A stretch of 64,000 bases of DNA from positions 3,008,001-3,072,000 of the forward strand of contig OZ242260.1 in the NCBI GenBank assembly GCA_965207065.1, written 5' to 3'. Under the pieces are notes generated by a model. That model was not told the DNA's origin and ran no database searches. It saw only the letters and a list, made by a program, of their open reading frames with translations. Position 1 is the stretch's first letter, and each line of letters starts with the position of its first letter. Positions 8,837 through 16,820 of the stretch are shown piece by piece. Position numbers and translations under genes: made by a program. This stretch comes from a bacterium (GTDB lineage: Bacteria > UBA8248).

Positions 8837-10909
8837 ATGAATCAGCCCCTGCAGAAGAACCGCCTCGCACAGGAGACGAGCCCGTACCTCTTGCAGCATC
8901 AATACAATCCGGTGCAGTGGTATCCCTGGGGCGAGGATGCGCTCCGCAAATCAAGAGAAGAGAACAAACCCATTTTCTTGTCCGTCGGCTATTCCGCCTG
9001 CCATTGGTGCCACGTGATGGAGCATGAGAGTTTCGAGGATGAGGGGATCGCTGAAATACTGAACAAGCATTTCGTTTCCATCAAGGTGGACCGGGAAGAA
9101 CGGCCTGATATCGACGGTATCTATATGGAAGCGGTGCAGATGATGACGGGCCAGGGCGGTTGGCCGATGAGCGTTTTCCTGCTCCCGGATTTGAGGCCCT
9201 TCTTCGGGGGCACGTATTTTCCGCCGGATGACAAATGGGGGAGGCCCGGCTTCAAAAACGTGCTCTTGAGGCTGGCCGAAGTTTATCAAACGAGACAGGA
9301 CGATTTGCATACGAACGCAGAAAGCATCACTGCGAATCTGCAGCAAATGGGGGTCGTAACGCCTGCGGAAGGTGATTTGAAAACGGAGTGGATCGACCAG
9401 GCCGCTCAGGAACTCAAAGATCGATTCGATTCCACCTGGGGCGGTTTCGGGAACGCTCCCAAATTCCCGCCCTCCATGGCGCTGATGCTACTTTTAAGAA
9501 AATGGAAGCGGTCCCCGGATCAGGAATTGCTGAAGATGGTCGAGATAACGCTTCAAAGAATGGCGCTGGGCGGGATGTATGATCAACTCGGCGGCGGTTT
9601 TCACCGCTACAGCGTGGATGCTTACTGGCTCATTCCGCACTTCGAGAAAATGCTTTATGACAACGGCCTTCTCGCCAGAGTCTACCTCGAGGCCTACCAG
9701 GCGACGGGAAGCGCGTTTTACCGCTCCGTGGTGGCGGATACCCTCGATTACGTTTTGCGCGAGATGACCAGCCCGGGCGGGGGATTCTACTCCGCGCAGG
9801 ACGCCGACAGCGAGGGTGAGGAGGGCAAGTTCTTCGTATGGCGTCCTGAGGAGATAGAAGAGATTCTCGGCAAAGAAGAAGCTGACATATTCTGCCGGTT
9901 CTACAGCGTGACGGAAGAGGGGAACTTCGAGGGCAAAACCTCCGCCTTGTTCATTCAGAAACCACCTCGCGTTTTCGCTGAGGAGTCGGGGATCACGGAG
10001 GAGAAGCTCTTTGAAGTCTTACAAAGAGGGCGCGCAAAACTCTTCGCCGAGCGGGAAAAACGTGTGAAACCTGGTCTGGACGATAAAATTCTTACGAGTT
10101 GGAACGGGCTCATGATCGGCTCGATGGCTATGGCGGGCAGGATTCTGGAACACCCCCCCTATGTGGAAGAAGCGGGCAAGGCGGCGGATTTTATTTTGAA
10201 CAACATGCGCGATGAACGCGGATTGCAGAGAAGCCACCGGGAGGGTGTGAGCAAGTTCAACGCGTATCTGGATGATTATGCTTTTCTGATCCTGGGCCTG
10301 GTAGATTTGTACGAGGCGAGCTTCGAGCCCCGGTGGATTCGAGCGGCCTCTGATTTGGCGCGGGAGATGATATCGCGCTATTGGGATGATGAAGGGGGCG
10401 CATTCTTCTTTACGGCCCACGATCATGAACAGCTCATCGTGAGGAAGAAGATGACGCAAGACGGCGCCGTTCCGAGCGGGAACTCGATGGCGGCGCTGGC
10501 GTTACTGAAGCTGGCGAAACTCTCGGGCGAGACGGAATTCGCAAAACGCGGCGAGGAAGTTTTGCGCTCGTTCGGCGATTATTTGGGCCGCGTTCCGGCC
10601 GCCTTCCACATGATGCTGGTGGCGCTTGATTTTCATCTGGATTCCCCGGTGGAGGTGGCGATTGTCGGTGAGAAAAACGCAGAAGATACACAAGCGGCCC
10701 TCAGGGTCGTTGATTCCCGCTTCATTCCCAATAAAGTATTGGCTCTCAAGTCCGAATCATCAGGCGAAGAAGCAGATGCCACAGTGCCTCTGCTCGATGG
10801 AAAGGCCATGGTGGAGGGACGAGCCGCCGTCTACTTGTGTGAAAATTTCACGTGCAAGGAGCCTCTTACGGACCTAAGCGCAATTGAGAAAGCGCTCGAG
10901 AGCGGTTGA
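8837..10909 (+). CDS. Thioredoxin domain-containing protein, YyaL/SPATA20 family
   Basis: [41 protein letters not shown] motifs. Confidence 0.95.
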   Translation: MNQPLQKNRLAQETSPYLLQHQYNPVQWYPWGEDALRKSREENKPIFLSVGYSACHWCHVMEHESFEDEGIAEILNKHFVSIKVDREERPDIDGIYMEAVQMMTGQGGWPMSVFLLPDLRPFFGGTYFPPDDKWGRPGFKNVLLRLAEVYQTRQDDLHTNAESITANLQQMGVVTPAEGDLKTEWIDQAAQELKDRFDSTWGGFGNAPKFPPSMALMLLLRKWKRSPDQELLKMVEITLQRMALGGMYDQLGGGFHRYSVDAYWLIPHFEKMLYDNGLLARVYLEAYQATGSAFYRSVVADTLDYVLREMTSPGGGFYSAQDADSEGEEGKFFVWRPEEIEEILGKEEADIFCRFYSVTEEGNFEGKTSALFIQKPPRVFAEESGITEEKLFEVLQRGRAKLFAEREKRVKPGLDDKILTSWNGLMIGSMAMAGRILEHPPYVEEAGKAADFILNNMRDERGLQRSHREGVSKFNAYLDDYAFLILGLVDLYEASFEPRWIRAASDLAREMISRYWDDEGGAFFFTAHDHEQLIVRKKMTQDGAVPSGNSMAALALLKLAKLSGETEFAKRGEEVLRSFGDYLGRVPAAFHMMLVALDFHLDSPVEVAIVGEKNAEDTQAALRVVDSRFIPNKVLALKSESSGEEADATVPLLDGKAMVEGRAAVYLCENFTCKEPLTDLSAIEKALESG

Positions 10910-10914
10910 ATCGT

Positions 10915-11577
10915 TCATTTCGCCCGTACGATGAATGCCCCGTACCCGTTGCGCTGCAGCTTTTCCACCAATCGCTTCGCTTTACTCTCGCCGACAAGGC
11001 CTTTGATCTGCACGTGGTAGTGGGCGTAGTTTCCATGCCACCCGGGCCGAATTTCCGACGTTGTGCCGTTTCTATGAAAGTAATCGGCGAATTCTTGCGC
11101 CTCCGGTTTTTCCATAAACCCGCCCACCAGGATCATCCACTTGGGGTTCGGCTCTCGGGGAATATAGAGGGGTTCAATGGAAACCTCGGTGGTGCCCCTG
11201 CGCAGCATCCCGATTCTACGGGCCGCCTCTCGAGAAAGGTCGATAACGCGGTTTATGAAAAAAGGCCCACGATCGTTGATTCGCACTTGCACTACCCGCC
11301 CATCGTCGCTTCTACGAACTCTGACGATGGAACCGAAGGGCAGGGTGCGGTGCGCGGCGGTGAGGGCGTGCATGTCGTAGGTTTCACCATTTGCCGTTTT
11401 GCGCCCGTGGTAGGGATTGCCATACCACGAGGCGATGCCGTGGGTACCGCCCCCTTCGATGTCATCACTCCTTTGAGTGGGCAGAAAGCTGCATCCACTC
11501 AGGAGAAAGGAAATTGCGAGGCTGATGATAAGAGCCCGCAAGGGGAGAGCATACGAAGGGTTGGTCATTAAATTCAT
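10915..11577 (-). CDS. rlpA: RlpA septal ring lytic transglycosylase lipoprotein with a C-terminal SPOR-like domain
   Basis: Lipobox LSGC; GIASWYG, TANGE, TAAHRTLPFG, VRINDRGPF, IDLS motifs; start uncertain (11577 or 11568). Confidence 0.9.
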   Translation of the reverse strand: MNLMTNPSYALPLRALIISLAISFLLSGCSFLPTQRSDDIEGGGTHGIASWYGNPYHGRKTANGETYDMHALTAAHRTLPFGSIVRVRRSDDGRVVQVRINDRGPFFINRVIDLSREAARRIGMLRRGTTEVSIEPLYIPREPNPKWMILVGGFMEKPEAQEFADYFHRNGTTSEIRPGWHGNYAHYHVQIKGLVGESKAKRLVEKLQRNGYGAFIVRAK

Positions 11578-11700
11578 CGGGATACGTCTGGGGCGGATTT
11601 CGTAAAAAGACGAAGTTATTATATCAGTTTCATCCGGCGCTGCCATAGAAGCGCGTCTTTCGGACGAATTTTGCAAAATCGCGGTTATCGTGGCCTCATG

Positions 11701-12342
11701 CTAGTTTCGGTGCCTGGAGAATGCCTCACCAATGCTCATGCCTTTATCGAGTTCCGCGATGATTTTTTCTTCGATTTCCGCCAGCTCATCCATCTTGTCG
11801 ATGACTTCTTCGAGCCTTTCCCCGGGGATGACGACAACGCCGTTGACGTCGCCAAGAATGATGTCTCCCTGCCTCACCGCGACGCCCCCGCAATTGATCG
11901 GCTCTCCCACACTGATGGGAACCGTATACCCACCGCTGCCGTGAACCGATACCCCTCTGGCGAATACGGGAAAACCCGCCTGGCGGTGTTCTTCGATGTC
12001 CCTTGCCCTGCCGTCCAGGACGACGCCACCTAAATTCATCACCTTCGCGCGCGTGGTCATCATCCCGCCCCAGTTGGCCGTCGTGACTCCGGGCGGGATG
12101 CTGATGACGACGATGCTCCCCTCGGGCGCCGCGTCGATGTGGTGTACCTCGCGTTTGGGCAGCGGTCCGCCGCCGGCGGGAACCATTCGAACGTTATGGG
12201 CTTCCCCCACCATCCTGTAATCCGGGTCGGGCGACAACAGGATGATGTCGGGCATGTGGCCCCTGATTTTCAATTTGTCAAAAGCGTCCGCTACCTGACA
12301 GGCTGAATAGCCCCTTAAGCGATTTACCAAGTCATTGCTCAT
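11701..12342 (-). CDS. RraA family protein (HMG aldolase/oxaloacetate decarboxylase-like)
   Basis: VADA, WGGMM, DGRARD, FPVFARG, GDIILGDVNGVVVIP motifs. Confidence 0.88.
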   Translation of the reverse strand: MSNDLVNRLRGYSACQVADAFDKLKIRGHMPDIILLSPDPDYRMVGEAHNVRMVPAGGGPLPKREVHHIDAAPEGSIVVISIPPGVTTANWGGMMTTRAKVMNLGGVVLDGRARDIEEHRQAGFPVFARGVSVHGSGGYTVPISVGEPINCGGVAVRQGDIILGDVNGVVVIPGERLEEVIDKMDELAEIEEKIIAELDKGMSIGEAFSRHRN

Positions 12343-12427
12343 GAAATTCTCCTGAATCAGTCGTGCCGGAAGAAATTGGCGTCAAATTGTGAAGGGAATG
12401 ATACTCGTTTCGTCGAAAGATTGGGGT

Positions 12428-13180
12428 CTAAAAACGGAATTCCGTAAAGCGTACGCCATCCGGGTCGAGTTCCTCCAGGGCATCCAGTTCTTCGGCGCTT
12501 GGCGCGTGGGTTTGCGCCACGACGCTCGGGCGTTCCAGTTCGAAGCCGGTATTCTTGATCACTTCATCCACCGAGTGTCCAGGGTGAACACTGGCAATCT
12601 CGAGCCCGGTGGATTTTTTCTCGAACAAGGCAATGGGCGTCACCAAGTGGCTCAGTCTGCCTGATTGGGTAGAGAAGTCGACCCGGGGTACGAGAAATCG
12701 CCTGTCGTGCACAGTTCGCCATATGACGGTGCGTTTCACCTGAGGCATGATGACGGCGCCTCCCCCTCCACCGGGAAGCCTCACTTTCGGCTGGAACGGG
12801 TCGCCGATGTAGCTCATGTTGGCTCGCCCTTGTTTGTCGAGTTGAGCGGCTCCCAGGAAAGCCATGTCCACCCCGCCGCGCGCAAAAAGATCGTACATGT
12901 CCGGGTTGTAGAACATAGATGCCGCACCGTGGCAGAGTTCAGGGTCGGCCGTGCTGTTCGGCATGAAGCGCGGTTTTGGGTCCACCGAACCAGCGACTTC
13001 TATGAGCGAGCAATTGGGGGCATGTCGTTTCTTGGCCAAAAAGATCGCGATCATGGGAAGCGGGGAGTTAACCCCGTGAAACACATTCTCGCCGTCTTCG
13101 ATGAGGCGCGAGAGCGTGACGGCCATCTGGTTTCCGGCGCGGATTACGTGCTCGGGCAACGAGGCCAGGCGGCTGCCCAT
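12428..13180 (-). CDS. Class I CoA-transferase-fold beta subunit (GctB/IpdB/AibB-like)
   Basis: HAPN, FLGAAQLDKQGRANMS, VRLPGGGGG, VDF, LVTP, SVHPG, TGF, LDP motifs; starts 2 nt after the alpha-subunit stop. Confidence 0.88.
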   Translation of the reverse strand: MGSRLASLPEHVIRAGNQMAVTLSRLIEDGENVFHGVNSPLPMIAIFLAKKRHAPNCSLIEVAGSVDPKPRFMPNSTADPELCHGAASMFYNPDMYDLFARGGVDMAFLGAAQLDKQGRANMSYIGDPFQPKVRLPGGGGGAVIMPQVKRTVIWRTVHDRRFLVPRVDFSTQSGRLSHLVTPIALFEKKSTGLEIASVHPGHSVDEVIKNTGFELERPSVVAQTHAPSAEELDALEELDPDGVRFTEFRF

Positions 13181-13182
13181 CG

Positions 13183-14010
13183 CTAATTTGTCACCGCATC
13201 TTGTGCGTGTGATTCGTCGGTGCTGGCCAGATATTCCCGAAGCCCGTTCTGGCTTTGGGTCAAGGTCATGTAACGACTCATTTCAGTTTTGTCGACCCCA
13301 TAGTATGGGTGGCAACTGCAGGGAGACGCCCCGCCCGGCGTTTCCACGACTGCTTTGACGAGGAAGCCTGGAATAGTGGTTCTCTCCGGTTCCGCTGCGA
13401 TCTCTTCAGAGCCAACGATTTTTTCGGTCGTGAGAATGACCCCTTTTTGCGCCGCGCGCGTCATTTCAACGTCGAATTGCTGGTTGCCCAGGATTTGCGC
13501 GTTTCCCTGCGGGTCAGACTTCTGGACGTGTATCAATGCCCAGTCCGGCTTGAGAGCGGGAATCGCATAGAGTTCCTCTTTCGTGTAGGGGTCTTCCATC
13601 GTGAAGATGCCGCTTTGCTCCGGGATGTCGCTCCCGTCGAAACCGCGAATGGGCTGGAAGGGAACGCCGTAGGCTGCGGCCCGCAGCCCAGCAAGAACGC
13701 TGGCTCAGGCGTGCTCGGTCAGGCCGGCAAGTCCTTTCTCTATCGCCTTCCGGTAGTGAGGCGCCAATCCGAATTCCGCCTCGAAGGTGACGATGCCGCT
13801 GATGATTCTCTTCACGGCCCCTGCGGCGCAAAGGAGATCGGCGTCGTAACCGGGAGAGGGTTTGATGAGCGTGAGATCCCGAAGGTCCGCGCGCGCGATT
13901 TCACGGATGAGGGCGGCGGGCGTTCTGTGCAAGAGGGTGCCGCCGGGACTTATTGCGTCTCCTCCTTCAATGAGAGAAACGGCTTCTCGTAAGGACATTT
14001 GCTTGCTCAT
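13183..14010 (-). CDS. Class I CoA-transferase-fold alpha subunit (GctA/IpdA-like) with an in-frame UGA at codon 102; predicted selenoprotein
   Basis: Track ORFs 13705..14055 and 13183..13599 share a frame and are joined by a single TGA (13705-13707). Read-through gives TEHA-U-ASVLAGLRAAAYGVPFQPIRGFDGSDIP, the continuous family motif. 275 aa. Confidence 0.85.
13670..13704 (-). promoter_or_regulatory. Candidate bacterial SECIS element
   Basis: mRNA UGA-14 nt-UGGGCUGCG[GGC]CGCAGCCUA forms a 9-bp stem with a G-initial loop 23 nt after the UGA. Confidence 0.6.
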
Positions 14011-14242
14011 GGCAGCTTCCATCCACTCGTTTTGGGCGCATGATGTGGGCAACACAAATTATGGGGCATAGTTTAACAAATGTTGATGATTTGTGCTTGC
14101 GCTCATGCGCCTTCATGCCGTCAGAGAAGTGAATTTGACGCATTCATTGACCGAGAACCCGGTGTGGCGTAAATATCGATGAGATGAGAGTTGCTCTCAT
14201 GCGCAAGTATACTTCCAGATGAATCAATCGAAGGAGCATGGA

Positions 14243-14755
14243 ATGCCACGGATTTCCTTGTTAGAGCCCGAGCAGGCGGAAGCATCCGCGAAACGCATCA
14301 TGGAGAATCTGAAAAAACAATTCGGTGTCGTGATTCCGCCTGTGAAGGCACTGGCCCACAAACCGGATTTTTTGCGTTCTTTGCTGAGCTTGACCACGGT
14401 GGCGGACGGCCCGGGGGAGATCGACGTCGGCTTCAAGGAAATCTTGAACATTCGCGCATCGGTGCTCAACGGGTGTCATTTTTGCACCAACATGCATTCC
14501 AACATGGCAAGGATGCACAAGGCAGGAGACGAGAAGACGAAAGCCGCGCAAGAGGGTTCCTCGAGTGACGTCTTCGATGAGAAGGAGAAGGCGGCGCTTC
14601 GCCTTTGCGAGGAGAGCACGCAGGGGGTGAGCGTTTCGGACGGGACGTTTGAAGCGCTGAAGGCACACTATTCTGAAGCGCAGATAGTGGAGCTTCTCGG
14701 CGCCATCGCACTCATCAACACCTGGAATCGACTGATCGTGGGAATGGGCTTTTAA
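14243..14755 (+). CDS. AhpD/carboxymuconolactone decarboxylase family protein
   Basis: E....RAS.LNGCHFCTNMH (CxxC..H) and INTWNR motifs; SD AAGGAG before ATG 14243. Confidence 0.9.
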   Translation: MPRISLLEPEQAEASAKRIMENLKKQFGVVIPPVKALAHKPDFLRSLLSLTTVADGPGEIDVGFKEILNIRASVLNGCHFCTNMHSNMARMHKAGDEKTKAAQEGSSSDVFDEKEKAALRLCEESTQGVSVSDGTFEALKAHYSEAQIVELLGAIALINTWNRLIVGMGF

Positions 14756-14802
14756 TACGAAGACCTAAATAATTACCAACCATGTAGGCTGCGAACGAGA
14801 TT

Positions 14803-15981
14803 TTAGAGGCTTAATGCGGCCCTGCTGACCGTGAGTTCGGTTTCTCCGAGAAGCTCCGATGTCGTGAGTTTACCGCTCATCACCGCTATCAGTTCTTTTT
14901 CGAGCAGATCTCTCGCCTCATCGATTCGCATCGTCCCCTCCATGACGCCGCTGATGTCCACGTCGATGTTCTCGGCCATCGACCGCGCGGTACGGGGATT
15001 GCCGGTCACTTTGATGGTGGGAGAGATGGGATGGCCGATGGGGTTGCCGATTCCGGTCGAGAAAACGATCGCCTGCGCTCCGCTGGCCGCCAAAGAGGAA
15101 ATGTTCTCTACGCCCGCGCAGGGAGCGTCGGCGAAGATGGTGCCTTTCTTCGAAGGACGCTCTCCCACACCGACGACTTCGACAATGGGGTGACTGCCCG
15201 CTTTCTTGATGGCTCCCAGGCTTTTCTCCTCGATGGACGACAGACCGCCCCGGATGTTATCCGGCGCCGGGTTCGAGCCGATGAAGTCGACGCCGATGCT
15301 TTCGGCGTAATCGACGGCGCTCTTTGCGGAATCGATGATTTTTCGCGCCGTTTTTTTGTTTGTAGCCCGGCGGGCGAGTAGATGCTCGGCGCCCACGATT
15401 TCCAGCGTCTCGGAAAAGATAACCGAACCCCCCGCTTCCACGACTCTGTCGGCGACCATGCCCGTCACGGGGTTCGAGATGACGCCGCTGGTCGTATCCG
15501 AGCCTCCGCATTCCGCCCCGATGGTGAGTTCGCCCAACTCACAGCGGACTCGCTTGGCCGATGCGAGATGGGCGGAAAGTTTCGTGGCGAGTTCCACGAC
15601 ATGCGAGGTGGTGCTGAGCGTGCCTCCAATCTCCTGGATGTTCACGGCTTCTATGGGCATCCAGGGAGACGTTTTTGCGGCTACTTCCGCGATGGCGTTG
15701 GCGCTCTTGGGTTCGAGGCTCACGATGATGGCGGCCCCGACGTTCGGGTGGGCGGCGGTGTGTCCCATAACCCGCCAGTGTTGCGTCTCGTCCTCGCCCA
15801 TCAGGGCGCGTCCGAACGAGGTGTTGACAGGGGTGGCGTCTCGCACCAGCGAACCGATTCTGCGGACGATGGGGTTGGAATTGTCCATTCCGCTGACGAT
15901 GGCGAGATGATTCCGGCCACCCGGAGGACCTTCAAGTCTCCTGTAGCCCCAGAAAGTGGGAGTTGCTTTTTTCCGGGCCAT
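14803..15981 (-). CDS. UxaA/GarD family dehydratase large subunit, SuyB (sulfolactate sulfo-lyase beta)-like
   Basis: FWGYRR, HPNVGA, ECGGSDTTSG, SNP, FSET, NIRGGLSSIEEKSLG, FSTG.GNP motifs. Confidence 0.85.
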   Translation of the reverse strand: MARKKATPTFWGYRRLEGPPGGRNHLAIVSGMDNSNPIVRRIGSLVRDATPVNTSFGRALMGEDETQHWRVMGHTAAHPNVGAAIIVSLEPKSANAIAEVAAKTSPWMPIEAVNIQEIGGTLSTTSHVVELATKLSAHLASAKRVRCELGELTIGAECGGSDTTSGVISNPVTGMVADRVVEAGGSVIFSETLEIVGAEHLLARRATNKKTARKIIDSAKSAVDYAESIGVDFIGSNPAPDNIRGGLSSIEEKSLGAIKKAGSHPIVEVVGVGERPSKKGTIFADAPCAGVENISSLAASGAQAIVFSTGIGNPIGHPISPTIKVTGNPRTARSMAENIDVDISGVMEGTMRIDEARDLLEKELIAVMSGKLTTSELLGETELTVSRAALSL

Positions 15982-15983
15982 GC

Positions 15984-16256
15984 CTAGCCTCTTGTGCTCT
16001 TGATGTTATGGACGTGAACGTGACAGCCTGCGGGTATTTCTTGTGTGGCGGTGCCGATGACCTCGCCGTATTTGAGCACTTTTGCGTTCGAGCGGATCTT
16101 GCGCAGCGCAATTTTGTGTCCAAATGGAATGGATTCAGTTGCGGATAGCGTGATTGTCTCATCCCCGCCTTCGATTTCCACGCTATGCCCTGAGGAGACG
16201 TCCTCGAGAACAGTGGCCACGTTGTCTTTCGGGTGCATCACCAGCGCTCGGCTCAT
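15984..16256 (-). CDS. Stand-alone SAF domain, UxaA small subunit (SuyA-like)
   Basis: HPKDNVA, IPFGHKIAL, KYGEVIG, HVHVHN motifs. Confidence 0.92.
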   Translation of the reverse strand: MSRALVMHPKDNVATVLEDVSSGHSVEIEGGDETITLSATESIPFGHKIALRKIRSNAKVLKYGEVIGTATQEIPAGCHVHVHNIKSTRG

Positions 16257-16277
16257 CGGCTGTTCTCCATGGCGGGT

Positions 16278-16619
16278 CTAGTCGTCGCTTCCGACATTAC
16301 CGGGGAGCCTCAACCGCAGCCGCTCGACGGGGCGGCCGTTTTTCAAGTGTTCCTCGATGACTTCGGGAACGTCCTCCACCTTTACGCCCGTGTACCAGAC
16401 GCCCTCGGGGTAGACGACCAGGGTGGGGCCCATCGTGCACGGACCCAGACAAGTGGCGCCTGCCATGGCCGTATCCGAGGCGAGTTCGTCATCCGAGCCA
16501 ATCGCCTCCGTGATCGCTTGCGCGACCTCGATGCTGCCCTTGCTCTGGCAACAGCCCATCGGGTGAGTCGGCGGGCGTTGATTGATGCAGACGAAAACGT
16601 GTCTTTTGATGTGTTCCAC
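16278..16619 (-). CDS. Thioredoxin-like [2Fe-2S] ferredoxin
   Basis: HVFVC...GCC...CLGPC..GP..VVYPEGVWY, EHL.NG motifs; GTG start after SD GAGG. Confidence 0.92.
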   Translation of the reverse strand: MEHIKRHVFVCINQRPPTHPMGCCQSKGSIEVAQAITEAIGSDDELASDTAMAGATCLGPCTMGPTLVVYPEGVWYTGVKVEDVPEVIEEHLKNGRPVERLRLRLPGNVGSDD

Positions 16620-16820
16620 GATTATCCTCTTTTCGAATTATGGGTAGTCACTTTTGGAATTGTTCAGAGCGAGGCTTCGAAATCTTCCAACATCATCCCT
16701 GAATGACTTTGCCAGGAGAGGATGATACGCTCCGCTCACTAGAAGTCAAGGGATTCGCCGCTTTCGGATTGAGGGCAAGTCGAGTTGGTCGTCTTGGCCT
16801 GGAGTGAGCCTGTTTCGATA

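Noticed and set aside
13183-14055. Pseudogene or two separate small ORFs for the CoA-transferase alpha subunit
   Set aside because: Disfavoured but not excluded. There is a single TGA with no other lesion, it falls at a catalytic-equivalent position, a SECIS-like hairpin follows, and the beta subunit is intact.
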